Positions 41,686 to 53,777 of a stretch of 58,939 bases of DNA are shown in pieces. Under the pieces are notes generated by a model. The model had not been told where the DNA came from. It searched no databases and worked only from the letters and a program-made list of their open reading frames with translations. This DNA comes from Alphaproteobacteria bacterium (lineage in GTDB: Bacteria; Pseudomonadota; Alphaproteobacteria; UBA8366). A program made the translations under genes and the position numbers. Numbering within the stretch: position 1 is the stretch's first letter; every line of letters starts with the position of its first letter. Where the stretch lies: positions 1 to 58,939 of the forward strand of contig JASLSL010000296.1 of NCBI GenBank assembly GCA_030743445.1. Direction: 5' to 3'.

Positions 41686-41711
41686 CGGGCGGCGGAATCA
41701 ACCGCCGCCCG
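41686..41711 (-). terminator. Terminator hairpin after pnp
   Basis: CGGGCGGCGG-AATCAA-CCGCCGCCCG (10-bp perfect stem). On the minus strand it is followed by TTTCGCGTTTGC. Confidence 0.55.
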
Positions 41712-41735
41712 CCGGGTTTCAGGCTATGGTAAGGC

Positions 41736-43919
41736 CTAGTTTTCGCCGCTGGCGCGTTGCCGGTCGCGGGGCGGTCGGCCGCCGCCACGCCCGCCGCGGC
41801 CACCGCCACGCGGCTCGACCGGGATTTCCTCGCCGGTCTCCTGATTGACCGCCCTGAGCGACAGCTTGACCTTGCCGCGGTCGTCGAGGCCGATCACCTT
41901 GACCTTGACCTCGTCGCCGAGTTTGACCACGTCCTCGACCGTCCCGACGCGTTCCTGCGCCAACTCGGAGATGTGGACCAGGCCGTCGCGGCTGCCGAGG
42001 AAGTTCACGAACGCGCCGAAGTCCATGATCTTCACCACCTTGCCGTTGTAGATGGTGCCGACCTCGGGTTCGGCGACGATCGAGTTGATCCACTCGACCG
42101 CGCGGTCGCCGGCGTCCTGGTCGACCGCGGCGACCTTGACGGTGCCGTCGTCCTCGATGTCGATCTTGGCGCCGGTGACCTCGCAGATCTCGCGGATCAC
42201 CTTGCCGCCGGTCCCGATGACCTCGCGGATCTTGTCGCGCGGGATGCTGATCGTGGTGATCCGCGGCGCGTGCTCGGAGACGTCCTCGCGGGCGGCGGCG
42301 ATGCCCGCCGCCATCTCGTCCAGGATGTGCAGCCGACCGTCGCGCGCCTGGGCCAGTGCCACACGCATGATCTCCTCGGTGATCGAGGTGATCTTGATGT
42401 CCATCTGCAGCGCGGTGATGCCGTTCACCGTCCCGGCGACCTTGAAGTCCATGTCGCCGAGGTGGTCCTCGTCGCCGAGAATGTCCGACAAGACGGCGAA
42501 ATCGTCGCCCTCCTTGATCAGCCCCATGGCGATGCCGGCACAGGGCTCGGCGAGCGGCACGCCCGCGTCCATCAGCGACATCGACGAGCCGCACACCGTC
42601 GCCATCGAGGACGAGCCGTTCGACTCGGTGATCTCGGAGACCACGCGGATCGTATAGGGAAAGTCCTCCTTCGAAGGCAGCAGCGGCCGGATCGCCCGCC
42701 AGGCGAGCTTGCCGTGGCCGATCTCGCGGCGGCCCGGCGAGCGCAGGAACGACGCCTCGCCGACCGAATAGGGCGGGAAGTTGTAATGTAGCAGGAAGCT
42801 CTCGCGGTATTCGCCCTCGAGCACGTCCATGATCTGCTCGTCCTGCCCGGTGCCGAGCGTGGCGACGACCAGCGCCTGGGTTTCGCCGCGGGTGAACAAG
42901 GCCGACCCGTGGGCGCGGCCGAGAACCCCGACCTCGGCCACGATCTGGCGAACGGTCTTGGTGTCGCGGCCGTCGATCCGCTGGCCGGTCTTGAGAATAT
43001 TGCCGCGCACGATGTCCTTCTCGAGCGCCTTGAAGGAGCCCGAGACAAGGTTCCGATCGAGCTCTTCCTCGGCCAGGGCCTCGAGCGTGGCCGCCTTGGC
43101 GCTATCGAGCGCCGCGACCCGGGCCTGCTTCTCGGTGATTTTGTAAGCCTCGCGCAGCGGCGCCTCGGCCAACCCGCCGACCCGCTTCTCGACCTCCTCC
43201 TGGCCCTCCGGCGCGCCCGGAATCTCGCGGGGCTCCTTGGCGCAGGATTCGGCGAGATCGATGATCGCGTCGATCACCGGTTGGAACTCGCGGTGACCGA
43301 ACATCACGGCGCCCAGCATGGCGTCCTCGTCGAGCTGGTGGGCCTCCGATTCGACCATCAGCACGCCGTCCCGGGTGCCGGCGACGATGAGATCCAGGGT
43401 CGTCGAGCCCATTTCGTCGAGCTGCGGGTTGAGCACGTAGTCGCCGTCGATGTAACCGACGCGGCAGCCGGCGATCGGCCCGAGGAACGGGATCCCCGAG
43501 ATCGTCAGCGCCGCCGAGGCGCCGATCAGGCTGACGATATCCGGATTGTTTTCCAGGTCGTGCGCCAGAACGGTGCAAATGACCTGGGTCTCGCAGCGGA
43601 AACCGCTGGGGAAGAGCGGCCGGATCGGCCGGTCGATGAGCCGCGACGTCAGGGTCTCCTTCTCCGACGGCCGTCCCTCGCGCTTGAAGAAGCCGCCCGG
43701 GATCTTGCCGGCGGCAAACGTCTTCTCCTGGTAGTTCACGGTGAGCGGGAAGAAATCGATGCCTTCCCGGGGTTGATGCTGGGCGACCGCGGTGCAGAGC
43801 ACCTGTGTGCCGCCATATGTTACGAGAACCGCGCCGTCAGCTTGGCGCGCCATGCGGCCGACTTCGAACGTCAACGGGCGGCCGCCCAAATTTACTTCCT
43901 TCTTGGTGATATTGAACAT
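41736..43919 (-). CDS. pnp: Polyribonucleotide nucleotidyltransferase (PNPase)
   Basis: 727 aa with two RNase PH domains, then KH and S1 ([20 protein letters not shown]), plus an RGG-rich C-terminal tail. Confidence 0.96.
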   Translation of the reverse strand: MFNITKKEVNLGGRPLTFEVGRMARQADGAVLVTYGGTQVLCTAVAQHQPREGIDFFPLTVNYQEKTFAAGKIPGGFFKREGRPSEKETLTSRLIDRPIRPLFPSGFRCETQVICTVLAHDLENNPDIVSLIGASAALTISGIPFLGPIAGCRVGYIDGDYVLNPQLDEMGSTTLDLIVAGTRDGVLMVESEAHQLDEDAMLGAVMFGHREFQPVIDAIIDLAESCAKEPREIPGAPEGQEEVEKRVGGLAEAPLREAYKITEKQARVAALDSAKAATLEALAEEELDRNLVSGSFKALEKDIVRGNILKTGQRIDGRDTKTVRQIVAEVGVLGRAHGSALFTRGETQALVVATLGTGQDEQIMDVLEGEYRESFLLHYNFPPYSVGEASFLRSPGRREIGHGKLAWRAIRPLLPSKEDFPYTIRVVSEITESNGSSSMATVCGSSMSLMDAGVPLAEPCAGIAMGLIKEGDDFAVLSDILGDEDHLGDMDFKVAGTVNGITALQMDIKITSITEEIMRVALAQARDGRLHILDEMAAGIAAAREDVSEHAPRITTISIPRDKIREVIGTGGKVIREICEVTGAKIDIEDDGTVKVAAVDQDAGDRAVEWINSIVAEPEVGTIYNGKVVKIMDFGAFVNFLGSRDGLVHISELAQERVGTVEDVVKLGDEVKVKVIGLDDRGKVKLSLRAVNQETGEEIPVEPRGGGRGGRGGGRPPRDRQRASGEN

Positions 43920-44086
43920 CTATCCATCCTTCGGATTCCATAGCGTCGCAGGCCCCATTGCCTGCGGCCATGGCTCTGACGGGGCCTTCCCGGTCTTGTG
44001 TGATTATCTCCTGCATACCTACAGTCGATTTCCCCGGCCTGGCGCGCGCTCCCACCATGGGAACGGGTCGCCCCGGTGGCAAGCGC

Positions 44087-44356
44087 CTAGCGGCGCAGTC
44101 CAAGCTGCTGGATCAGCGACTCGTAACGCGCGACGTCCCTTCTCTTCACGTAGTCGAGAAGGCGGCGGCGTTTGCCGACCATGACAAGAAGCCCTCGCCG
44201 GGAGTGGAAGTCCTTCTTGTGCATTTGCATGTGTTCGGTGAGGTTGCGGATGCGTTCCGTCAGAATCGCGACCTGAACCTCGGCCGACCCGGTGTCTTCG
44301 GGATTTTTCTTGAACTCGTTGACGAGTTCCTGCTTGCGTTCGGCTGTAATCGACAT
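44087..44356 (-). CDS. rpsO: 30S ribosomal protein S15
   Basis: 89 aa, [57 protein letters not shown]. Confidence 0.96.
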   Translation of the reverse strand: MSITAERKQELVNEFKKNPEDTGSAEVQVAILTERIRNLTEHMQMHKKDFHSRRGLLVMVGKRRRLLDYVKRRDVARYESLIQQLGLRR

Positions 44357-44372
44357 CGAATACTCCGTTAAC

Positions 44373-45302
44373 TCACAAATTCAGCACTCTCATCGGGCGA
44401 ACCTCGCCCGCGTGGTAGCGCGTCAGCGCGATGGGTCTGCCCATGGTCAAAGCCAAAACCACGTCGCCTTCCTCGAGGTCGGCGATGCGGTCGAGATCGA
44501 CCTTGCGCAAAAGAGAAACCGCCTGCCCATTTCGGAGGCGGCTCGCTTCCTGCTCGGTCAGGGCCAGTGCCGGGATGTCGTCCAGCGCGGTCTCGACCGG
44601 GTGCAGGTGCTCCAAAGCGGCGGCACTCTGCCCAAAACTTTCCAGTTCGTCCAGCGAAATCGCATGGTTTTCGGTAAAAGGGCCGGCAGCGGTGCGCCTG
44701 AGTTCCGCGATATGCCCGACGGTGCCGAGCCGAAGCGCGATATCCCGCGCCAACGCCCGCATATAGGCGCCCTTGCCGCAAACCACGTCGAAAGTCGCCG
44801 ATTCCGTTCCCTCCATCCCGGTCAGGCCGAGATCGTGGATTGCGATGCGGCGCGGCGCCAGATCGACGACCTCGCCCTTGCGCGCCAGGTCGTAGGCGCG
44901 CCGCCCGCCGACCTTGATCGCGGAGTAGGTCGGTGGCACCTGTTCGATCTCGCCAACGAATTGCGGCAGGACCGCCTCGATCGCGGCGCGGTCGGGCCGA
45001 ACGTCGCTCGTCGCCACCACCTCGCCTTCGCTATCGTCGGTATCGGTTGCGACGCCCCAGGCGAGGGTGAACCGGTAGCATTTGGCCCCGTCCATGACGA
45101 AGGAAACGGTCTTTGTCGCCTCGCCGAGCGCGATCGGCAGGATGCCCGTCGCGATCGGGTCGAGGGTGCCGCCATGGCCCGCCTTGGCCGCGTTGGTGAT
45201 CCGCTTGACCGTGCCGACGACCGAGGTCGAGGTCCGACCGGCCGGTTTGTCGACGACGATCCAGCCATGCACCGGATCGCCCTTGCGCTTACGTCTCGCC
45301 AT
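44373..45302 (-). CDS. truB: tRNA pseudouridine(55) synthase
   Basis: 309 aa with [14 protein letters not shown] and the catalytic Asp in [12 protein letters not shown]. Confidence 0.94.
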   Translation of the reverse strand: MARRKRKGDPVHGWIVVDKPAGRTSTSVVGTVKRITNAAKAGHGGTLDPIATGILPIALGEATKTVSFVMDGAKCYRFTLAWGVATDTDDSEGEVVATSDVRPDRAAIEAVLPQFVGEIEQVPPTYSAIKVGGRRAYDLARKGEVVDLAPRRIAIHDLGLTGMEGTESATFDVVCGKGAYMRALARDIALRLGTVGHIAELRRTAAGPFTENHAISLDELESFGQSAAALEHLHPVETALDDIPALALTEQEASRLRNGQAVSLLRKVDLDRIADLEEGDVVLALTMGRPIALTRYHAGEVRPMRVLNL

Positions 45303-45693
45303 CGCCGTCCGCGTCGGCCGTCAGGTCGCGCGCGACCTCTGGCCGCCGCAGCACCGCATCGATTCCGGCCGCCTGGTCGTAGATTTCGTCATGCTCGAAA
45401 GTCAGCTCGGGGGTGAATTTGAGATGCACCTGCCGGCCCAGTTGGCGACGAAGGTAAGGGGCGGCACGGCGCAGCGCTTCGATCACGTCCTCGCTGTCCT
45501 CGCCGCCGAGCGGCATGACATAGACCGTAGCCCGGCGCAGGTCGGGGCTGGCGCGGACCTCGGTTACGGTGATCGAGCGGCCGTTGAGCGCCGGGTCGCG
45601 CAACTCGCCGCGGCCCAGGACCTGCGACAGCACGTGCCGCAATTCCTCGCCGACGCGCAGTTGGCGCACACTTGGTTCCTTGCTTTTTGCCAT
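45289..45693 (-). CDS. rbfA: Ribosome-binding factor A
   Basis: ATG 45693 lies in ORF 45289..45720. It has RVGEELRHVLSQVL...ITVTEVRASPDLRRATVYV...LKFTPELTF. It overlaps the truB start by 14 nt. Confidence 0.92.
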   Translation of the reverse strand: MAKSKEPSVRQLRVGEELRHVLSQVLGRGELRDPALNGRSITVTEVRASPDLRRATVYVMPLGGEDSEDVIEALRRAAPYLRRQLGRQVHLKFTPELTFEHDEIYDQAAGIDAVLRRPEVARDLTADADGDGET

Positions 45694-45735
45694 GTCTCTT
45701 CGCCGAACGGGTGGCGCCATGGGCGGCGCGCGCCC

Positions 45736-48261
45736 CTACAGGGTGCGGGCGACCTCCTCGGTCTCGAAACACTCGACGACGTCGCCTTCCTTGATGTCGT
45801 CGTAGTTTTCGAACGACATGCCGCATTCGTATCCCTGCTGGACCTCGCGGACATCGTCCTTGAACCGCCTCAACGTCTTGAGGCTGCCTTCGTAGATCAC
45901 CACGTCGTCGCGCAGCAGCCGTACCTTGTTGCCGCGTCGCACGTTGCCCTCGGTCACCATGCAACCGGCCGCGTTCGAGCCCTTGGAGATACCGAACACC
46001 TCGCGAATTTCGGCGTAGCCGATCTGGGTCTCCCGGACCTCCGGCGCCAACATGCCGCCGAGCAAATTCTTCATGTCGTCGATCACGTCGTAGATCACCG
46101 AGTAATAGCGAATGTCGACCTGGTCCCGGCGCGCCAAATCGCGCGCCTGTGGGTTGGCGCGGACGTTGAAGCCGATGATCACGCCGCCGACAGAGCCGGC
46201 GAGTGTCACGTCGGACTCGGTGATCCCGCCGACCGCGCTGTGCAGCACGTTCATCTTGACCTCCTCGGTCGAGATGTTTTCGAGCGCGCCGATAATGGCC
46301 TCGACCGAGCCCTGCACGTCGCCGCGTACGACGACCGGCAGTTCCGCCGCCTCGCCGGCCTTGATTTGGTCGAACATCTGCTCCAGCGTGCCGCGGCCGG
46401 ATAGCGCCAGCGCCTTGGAACGCTCGGTCCGCTGGCGGTAATCGGTGATCTCGCGAGCCCGCGCCTCGTCCTCGACGACCGTGAAGTCGTCGCCCGCCGA
46501 CGGTGTCCCCTGAAGCCCCAGGACCTCGATCGGCATCGACGGGCCGGCTTCCTCGACGGCGCGTCCGCGATCGTCGGCCAGCGCCCGGACGCGGCCCCAT
46601 TCCGGACCGGCGATGAATACGTCGCCCGGGCGCAGCGTGCCGCGCTGCACCAGGACCGTTCCGACCGGACCGCGGCCCTGCTCCAGCTTGGCCTCGATGA
46701 CCGTGCCCTGGGCCGGCCGGTCGGCATTGGTCTTGAGCTCGAGGATTTCCGCCTGCAGCAGGATCACCTCCTCGAGCTTGTCGAGATTGGTCTTCTCGGT
46801 CGCCGAGACCTCGACGTCGAGAATATCGCCGCCGAGCTTTTCGACCACCAGCTCGTGGCTCAGCAAATCGTTGCGCACCCTGTCCGGGTTGGCGTCGGGC
46901 CGATCGATTTTGTTGATCGCGATGATCATCGGCACCCCGGCCGCCTTGGCGTGGTTGATCGCCTCGTCGGTCTGCGGCTGCACGCCGTCGTCGGCGGCGA
47001 CCACGAGGACCACGATATCGGTTACCTGGGCGCCGCGCGAACGCATCTGGGTGAACGCCTCGTGGCCCGGCGTGTCGAGGAAGGTGATGTGCTGGCCGCC
47101 GGTGAGCTCGACCTGATAGGCGCCGATGTGCTGGGTGATGCCGCCGGACTCGCCGGCCGCGACGTCGGTTTCCCTGAGCGCATCCAACAGCGAGGTCTTG
47201 CCGTGGTCGACGTGCCCCATGATGGTCACGACCGGCGCCCGCGGCGTGAGCGTCTCTTCCAGGTCCTCCTCGCCGGCGATGCCAACCTCGACGTCCGATT
47301 CCGAGACCCGCTTCACCTTGTGGCCGAACTCGTTGACGATCAATTCCGCGGTATCGGCGTCGATCACCTGGTGGGTCGTCGCCATGATATCGAGCTTCAT
47401 CAACGACTTGATCACATCGATGCCGCGAATCGCCATGCGGTTGGCGAGATCGGAAACGGTGATGGCCTCCGGGATCACCACCTCGCGGACAATCATCTGC
47501 GTCTCGCCCGAGGCGCGCTGCTCCCGGGCGCGCTGGCGTTCGCGCTCGCGCGCGCGCTTCAACGCGGCGAGGCTGCGGACCCGCTCTTCTTGGTTTCCAT
47601 CGCCGTCGGCGGCGTCGAGCGCCTGGGAAATCGTCAGCTTGCCGGCGCGGCGGCGCGGGTCTTGACGCGAGCGCGGCGGCGGCGTGCGCTCGCGTTCGGC
47701 CTCGGTCCTGCGGCGACCGGCCGGCGCCGAGGCGTCGGCCTTGCGTTCGGGACGGCGGCCCTCGGTTCGCGCCAGGCCTGGCGCTTCCGCTATTTCGCCC
47801 GCCTTGCGCCTGGATTCCTCTTCGGTGCGGCGCCGGGTTTCCTCTTCGCTGCGCCGCCGGGCATCGTCTTCCTCGCTGCGCTTGCGGGCTTCCTCTTCCT
47901 GCTCGCGGGCCCGGGTTTCCTCGACCTCGGCGAGTTGGCGCAATTCGGTATCGTGGGCTGCACCCTTGAGCGCCCGGATGCGGGCGGCACGCTCTTCCTC
48001 GGTCAGCGTGCTGACCTCGGCCTCGGCCAGGCCGGCTTGCTCCGCCGCCGTGGCGGCTTTCTCGGATTCGCGGACCGCTTCCATGCGACCGCCTTCGCCG
48101 CGCTCGAAAGTGCGCTTCTTCTTGACCTCGACGGTGACGGCCTTGGAGCGACCATGACTGAAGCTCTGGCGAACCTGGCCCGATTCGACAGTCTTCTTCA
48201 GCTCCAGTCGGCCGGGTCGGCGGAGCGTCAATTTGCCTTCGTTTTCGTTCTTTTCGCTCAT
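45736..48261 (-). CDS. infB: Translation initiation factor IF-2
   Basis: ATG 48261 lies in ORF 45736..48825. It has a charged E/R/A-rich N-terminal region and the GTPase motifs [17 protein letters not shown] and NKID. Confidence 0.95.
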   Translation of the reverse strand: MSEKNENEGKLTLRRPGRLELKKTVESGQVRQSFSHGRSKAVTVEVKKKRTFERGEGGRMEAVRESEKAATAAEQAGLAEAEVSTLTEEERAARIRALKGAAHDTELRQLAEVEETRAREQEEEARKRSEEDDARRRSEEETRRRTEEESRRKAGEIAEAPGLARTEGRRPERKADASAPAGRRRTEAERERTPPPRSRQDPRRRAGKLTISQALDAADGDGNQEERVRSLAALKRARERERQRAREQRASGETQMIVREVVIPEAITVSDLANRMAIRGIDVIKSLMKLDIMATTHQVIDADTAELIVNEFGHKVKRVSESDVEVGIAGEEDLEETLTPRAPVVTIMGHVDHGKTSLLDALRETDVAAGESGGITQHIGAYQVELTGGQHITFLDTPGHEAFTQMRSRGAQVTDIVVLVVAADDGVQPQTDEAINHAKAAGVPMIIAINKIDRPDANPDRVRNDLLSHELVVEKLGGDILDVEVSATEKTNLDKLEEVILLQAEILELKTNADRPAQGTVIEAKLEQGRGPVGTVLVQRGTLRPGDVFIAGPEWGRVRALADDRGRAVEEAGPSMPIEVLGLQGTPSAGDDFTVVEDEARAREITDYRQRTERSKALALSGRGTLEQMFDQIKAGEAAELPVVVRGDVQGSVEAIIGALENISTEEVKMNVLHSAVGGITESDVTLAGSVGGVIIGFNVRANPQARDLARRDQVDIRYYSVIYDVIDDMKNLLGGMLAPEVRETQIGYAEIREVFGISKGSNAAGCMVTEGNVRRGNKVRLLRDDVVIYEGSLKTLRRFKDDVREVQQGYECGMSFENYDDIKEGDVVECFETEEVARTL

Positions 48262-48272
48262 CCCTGTCCCCA

Positions 48273-48896
48273 TCACCCGGTGGTCGGCCGGAATCCGGCC
48301 AACCGCGTCAATTCCGCTTCGATCTTGTCCGCCAGCGCGCCGGCGGCGATCGCCACATGGACCACGCGTTCGCGCCCGAAGGCCGCGGCCAACTCGGCGG
48401 TGACGAGTTCGTCCCGCACCGTCGCCTCCCGGACCAAGGCGCGGAGCTTGGCCCGGCCGTCGGCCGCACCGTCGCGCGCCGCGAGCAACAGCGCCGCCCG
48501 GCCGCCCTCGAGCCAGGCCCGAACCTTCTCGAAGCCGGCGACCGCACCGCCGGCGCGCCGGGCCAGACCGATATAGTCGACACATCGCCCCACCAGCATC
48601 GCCTCGACACTGTCGGCGAGCCCGTCCGTGACATCTACCCGCCGCCGCGCCGATTTGGCGAACACGTTGCGCGCGGCCGCCGCGGCGATCGTGTCCCGGT
48701 CCGCGTGGACCCAGAGGCCGCGCCCCGGCAGGCGTTCGGCGATGTCTGGAACGACCGCGCCCTCGGGGCCGACGACGAATCGCACCAACGCCGCGCGCGG
48801 CCACGCCTGGCCGGTGACGATGCACCGACGCAGGGAGTCCGCGGCTGCCATGGCCGCCGCCCCGCCGTCGTAGGTGTCCTGACCCGTCGCCAACAT
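48273..48896 (-). CDS. YlxR (DUF448) RNA-binding protein fused to an L7Ae/YlxQ-like domain
   Basis: RRCIVTGQ...LPGRGLWV is the YlxR motif. The C-terminal half ([21 protein letters not shown]...[12 protein letters not shown]) is L7Ae-like. It sits between nusA and infB. ATG 48851 is a possible alternative start. Confidence 0.8.
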   Translation of the reverse strand: MLATGQDTYDGGAAAMAAADSLRRCIVTGQAWPRAALVRFVVGPEGAVVPDIAERLPGRGLWVHADRDTIAAAAARNVFAKSARRRVDVTDGLADSVEAMLVGRCVDYIGLARRAGGAVAGFEKVRAWLEGGRAALLLAARDGAADGRAKLRALVREATVRDELVTAELAAAFGRERVVHVAIAAGALADKIEAELTRLAGFRPTTG

Positions 48897-48908
48897 GTCC
48901 GTCGTTCC

Positions 48909-50552
48909 CTAATCCTTCTCCGCCGCCGGCGCAGCCTCGGCATCGCCTTCCGCCGCATTTGCTTCGCCGTCTTCGCCTTCGGCCTCCGCTTCGGCCTCCG
49001 CTTCGGCTCGGGCCGCGGCGAGTTCCTCCTCGGTGAACCAGCCGGCAAGCACCCGGGCCGCCATAATCATCTCGTTGGCGGTCTCCAGGCCGAGGTCGTG
49101 ATCCTTGAGCAGCCCCTCCTCCGGTTCGGTCAGCTCGTCGCCCGCGAGATCGGCGAAATCCTCGAGCGTCTTGATACCATGCTCGCCAAGCGCCACCAAC
49201 ATGACCGGCGTCAGACCCGGCACCTCGGCGATCGCGTCCTCCATGCCGAGCTCTTTCTGACGCTGGGCGAGGCGTTCGTTCTCGGCCTCGAGGAAATTCC
49301 GGGCGCGGGTCTGCAGCTCTGTCGCGACATCTTCACCGAAACCTTCGATCAAGCCGAGATCCTCGATCGGCACATAGGCGACTTCCTCGACGCTGCTAAA
49401 CCCTTCGGTGACCAGCAGGTTGGCCAGCATGTCATCGACGTCGAGGGTCTCGATGAAGCGCTCGCTGCGCTCCTTGCGTTCGCTCTGCCGACGCTCGGAC
49501 TCCTCGTCCTCGGTCAGGATGTCGATTTCCCAGCCCGACAGCATCGAGGCCAAGCGTACGTTCTGGCCGCGCCGCCCGATCGCCAGGCTGAGCTGCTCGT
49601 CCGGCACGACGACTTCGATCTTGTGGGCGTCCTCGTCGAGCACGATCTTGGCGACCTCGGCCGGCGCCAGGGCGTTGACGATGAAAGTCGCGGGGTCGGC
49701 CGACCACGGGATGATGTCGATCTTCTCGCCCTGAAGCTCCGAGACCACCGCCTGGACACGGCTGCCGCGCATCCCGACGCAGGCGCCGACCGGGTCGATG
49801 CTGCTGTCGTGCGAGAGCACGGCGATCTTGGCCCGACTGCCGGCGTCGCGCGCGACCGCCTTGATCTCGATGATGTTGTCGTAGATTTCCGGTACTTCCT
49901 GGGCGAACAGCTGGGCCATGAACTGCGGATGGGTCCGCGAGAGGAAGATTTGCGGTCCGCGCTGCTCCTTGCGCACGTCGTAGATGTAGGAGCGCACCCG
50001 GTCGCCGCGGCGGAAGCTCTCGCGCGGCAACAGCTCCTCGCGCCGGATGACCGCTTCGCCGCGGCCGAGATCGACCGTCACGTTGCCGAACTCCATACGC
50101 TTGACCAGACCGTTGACGATCTCCTCGACCCGGTCCTTGTATTCCTCGTACTGGCGCTCGCGCTCGGCCTCGCGGACTTTTTGCACGATGACCTGCTTGG
50201 CGGTCTGGGCGGCGATGCGGCCGAAATCGATCGGCGGCAGCGGGTCGACCAGGAATTCGCCGAGCTCGGCGTCCGCCTTGCGCTTTTTCGCCTCCTCCAG
50301 GGTCACCTGGGTGACCTCGTTCTCGATCTCCTCGACGACCTCGATGTAACGCGCCAACAGGATTTCGCCGTTCGTGCGGTCGATCTCGGCGCGAATGTCG
50401 TGTTCCTGTCCGTATTTGGTGCATCCGGCCTTCTGGATCGCCTGTTCCATGGCTTCGAGAACCTGTTCGCGGTCGATCGCCTTCTCCCGCGCCACCGCAT
50501 CGGCAACTTGCAGGAGTTCGGTCCTGGCGTGAACAACAGCAGTTTCCGACAT
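48909..50552 (-). CDS. nusA: Transcription termination/antitermination factor NusA
   Basis: 547 aa with [24 protein letters not shown], an S1 domain, two KH domains ([25 protein letters not shown]), C-terminal HhH repeats and an acidic tail. Confidence 0.96.
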   Translation of the reverse strand: MSETAVVHARTELLQVADAVAREKAIDREQVLEAMEQAIQKAGCTKYGQEHDIRAEIDRTNGEILLARYIEVVEEIENEVTQVTLEEAKKRKADAELGEFLVDPLPPIDFGRIAAQTAKQVIVQKVREAERERQYEEYKDRVEEIVNGLVKRMEFGNVTVDLGRGEAVIRREELLPRESFRRGDRVRSYIYDVRKEQRGPQIFLSRTHPQFMAQLFAQEVPEIYDNIIEIKAVARDAGSRAKIAVLSHDSSIDPVGACVGMRGSRVQAVVSELQGEKIDIIPWSADPATFIVNALAPAEVAKIVLDEDAHKIEVVVPDEQLSLAIGRRGQNVRLASMLSGWEIDILTEDEESERRQSERKERSERFIETLDVDDMLANLLVTEGFSSVEEVAYVPIEDLGLIEGFGEDVATELQTRARNFLEAENERLAQRQKELGMEDAIAEVPGLTPVMLVALGEHGIKTLEDFADLAGDELTEPEEGLLKDHDLGLETANEMIMAARVLAGWFTEEELAAARAEAEAEAEAEGEDGEANAAEGDAEAAPAAEKD

Positions 50553-50553
50553 A

Positions 50554-51060
50554 TTAAGCCTGTCCTTCGTTGGTTGCGGCGGCGCTTTCGTCCGCCGCCA
50601 GCAAGTCGTCGGTGATCACCAGCTTGGCGTTGCCGATCTCCTCGAACGGCAAGGTCGCCTCGCCGTCCGCGGTCTCCAGCCGGACGACGCCGTCGTCGAT
50701 TCCCACGAGCCGACCGCGAAACCGCCGGCGTCCGTCGATCGCGCGCCGGAGCTCGACCTTGGCTTCGAGACCCGCGAAGCGTTCGAAATCGCCGGGCCGG
50801 ACCAAGGGCCGGTCGATGCCGGGCGAGCTGACCTCGAGCACGTAGTTGTCCGGGATCGGGTCCTCGACGTCGAGCATCGCCGAGACCGTGCGGCTGATCT
50901 CGGCGCAATTGTCGACCGTCATCGGCATCTGGTCCCGGCGTTCGGCCATGATCTGCAAATTCGGCCGATTCCCGCCCGATAGCCGGACACGCACGATGTC
51001 ATAGCCCATGTCGCCCAACACCGGGGCGATAATGCTTTCAACGCGATCCGTGATCTCCAT
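50554..51060 (-). CDS. rimP: Ribosome maturation factor RimP
   Basis: ATG 51060 lies in ORF 50554..51123. It has MEITDRVESIIAPVLGDMGYDIVRVRL...LEVSSPGIDRPL. Its stop is 1 nt from the nusA start. Confidence 0.92.
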   Translation of the reverse strand: MEITDRVESIIAPVLGDMGYDIVRVRLSGGNRPNLQIMAERRDQMPMTVDNCAEISRTVSAMLDVEDPIPDNYVLEVSSPGIDRPLVRPGDFERFAGLEAKVELRRAIDGRRRFRGRLVGIDDGVVRLETADGEATLPFEEIGNAKLVITDDLLAADESAAATNEGQA

Positions 51061-51069
51061 GCCAATCGA

Positions 51070-51104
51070 TCCGAAACCAAAATGGGCGGGCCCAGGGCCC
51101 ACCC
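51070..51104 (-). terminator. Terminator-like hairpin plus U-tract in the rimP-nusA leader (candidate attenuator)
   Basis: The minus-strand RNA reads GGGUGGGC-CCUGG-GCCCGCCC. The stem is fully paired with one G-U on this strand but has a C-A mismatch on the other. AUUUUGGUUUCGG follows. It ends about 10 nt before the rimP ATG. Confidence 0.5.
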
Positions 51105-51154
51105 ACTCGCTCGGTCGCACCATGCAACCGTATGGGATTTATTTCGTTGCCGGG

Positions 51155-51183
51155 TATGTAGGTTATTTCGCCGAAATCCACAA
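51155..51183 (-). promoter_or_regulatory. Putative sigma70-type promoter for rimP-nusA-infB
   Basis: On the minus strand, TTGTGG-N17-TACATA lies upstream of the leader hairpin. Confidence 0.3.
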
Positions 51184-51207
51184 GGTCTTTTATGTCTTTC
51201 GGGTCGT

Positions 51208-51906
51208 CTATTGCGCGCTGCGGGGCCGGCGGCGGAAGCGCAGAAACACGCAGGTGGCGCCGGCTCGGCCGGCTTTTTCCTCGTACCGCGTCGCCGGCCA
51301 GTCGTCCGGTCGTCGGCGCCAATCGTCCGGCCCTCGGGCGAGCCACTCGAAGGCGCCGTGGCCGATCGTGTGGAACAGCATCCAGCGGATGTATTCCATA
51401 TCGTCGCTCGCCATCCGCAATTCCGCGCCATCGCGGAGGATCCGCGCCATCGCGTCGAGATTTTCGGGCGACACGAAGCGACGGGCGTGATGGCGCTTTT
51501 TCGGCCAGGGATCCGGGAACAACAGAAAGAAACGGCCGATCGAGGACTCCGGCAGGGCGTCGATCAAGGGCCGGGCATCGTCGGCGAGGATCCTGACGTT
51601 GGTCAGTTTTTCCGCGTCGATCAGGCTCAACGCCTTGGCGATGCCGTTGACGAAGGACTCGCAACCGATGAATCCGATCTCGGGATGGGCCCTGGCCTGC
51701 GCCGTGAGATGCTCGCCACCGCCGAATCCGACCTCGAGCCAGACATCGTCGCACGCCATGTCGAACAGCCCCGCCGGGTCGACCGGGCCCCGGGCGGGAT
51801 CGATCGCGAGCCTGGGCAACAATTCATCGAGCAGACGCTGGCGGCCGGGCCTGAGACGGCGGCCGCGACGCCTTCCGTGAAGGGTGCGGGGCCGCTCGAT
51901 CGCCAT
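51208..51906 (-). CDS. trmB: tRNA (guanine-N7)-methyltransferase
   Basis: 232 aa with LEVGFGGGEHL and FLLFPDPWPKKRHHARRF. Confidence 0.92.
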   Translation of the reverse strand: MAIERPRTLHGRRRGRRLRPGRQRLLDELLPRLAIDPARGPVDPAGLFDMACDDVWLEVGFGGGEHLTAQARAHPEIGFIGCESFVNGIAKALSLIDAEKLTNVRILADDARPLIDALPESSIGRFFLLFPDPWPKKRHHARRFVSPENLDAMARILRDGAELRMASDDMEYIRWMLFHTIGHGAFEWLARGPDDWRRRPDDWPATRYEEKAGRAGATCVFLRFRRRPRSAQ

Positions 51907-51922
51907 CTCGGCTCGATTCCAG

Positions 51923-53113
<1,191 letters not shown>

Positions 53114-53258
53114 CGTATCAACGCAGGATTTCGCGAGGGTTGCACCCTCGGCGATCGGAATCGGCCGTCCTCGGACCGGCGGCACTTGTCGCAATCTTTT
53201 CCGGGATCGTCAAGGCGTATGGCGGCCCGAATACGCCGGCGGCGGCCGGCGCGGCAGG

Positions 53259-53717
53259 TCAGTCCGCAGCGCCCGCATTGGCCAGCGCCTTGGCCAGTTC
53301 GAACAACCGTTTGCGCACCTTGGGGTTGGGGATTCGGTAGTATGCCCGGACCAACTCCAAGGTCTCGCGCTTGGCCAGCGGGTCGGGCTCGAACGGCTCG
53401 GCCGGGGCCTCGGATATCCCGGCGCGAAGGCGCGGCGACTGCGCCGCGATGTTCGATTCCATTTCGTCGTAGAAAAACGAGATCGGGACGTCGAGCACCC
53501 TCGAGAGATCGAACAGCCGGCTCGCACCGATCCGGTTGGCGCCACGCTCGTACTTCTGAATCTGTTGAAACGTCAGGCCCAACGCGTCGCCCAACTTCTC
53601 CTGGCTGAAGCCCAACAGAGTGCGGCGGAGACGGACGCGGCCGCCGACGTGGATATCGATGGGATTTGGAACGCCGGTGCGTCCGGATGAGGGTTTTCGA
53701 CCGCGGCGAGGTGGCAT
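53259..53717 (-). CDS. XRE-family helix-turn-helix transcriptional regulator
   Basis: 152 aa with IDIHVGGRVRLRRTLLGFSQEKLGDALGLTFQQIQKYERGANRIGASRLFDLSRVL. Confidence 0.88.
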   Translation of the reverse strand: MPPRRGRKPSSGRTGVPNPIDIHVGGRVRLRRTLLGFSQEKLGDALGLTFQQIQKYERGANRIGASRLFDLSRVLDVPISFFYDEMESNIAAQSPRLRAGISEAPAEPFEPDPLAKRETLELVRAYYRIPNPKVRKRLFELAKALANAGAAD

Positions 53718-53777
53718 TAAATCTACTTACCCGTTATGGGCCCGTTGGGTCTTGAGTCGAAACATTTATACAATTTT

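Noticed and set aside
43920-44086. Special element in the rpsO-pnp spacer
   Set aside because: The hairpins seen here (for example CGCAGGC-N6-GCCTGCG on the minus strand) fit the expected rpsO terminator and the structured pnp leader, which E. coli uses for RNase III/PNPase autoregulation. Nothing goes beyond the ordinary.
51061-51207. tRNA gene upstream of rimP (as metY in E. coli)
   Set aside because: There is no cloverleaf-compatible sequence and no GTTCGAATC-type T-loop or acceptor pairing. Only one hairpin and an AT-rich stretch are present.
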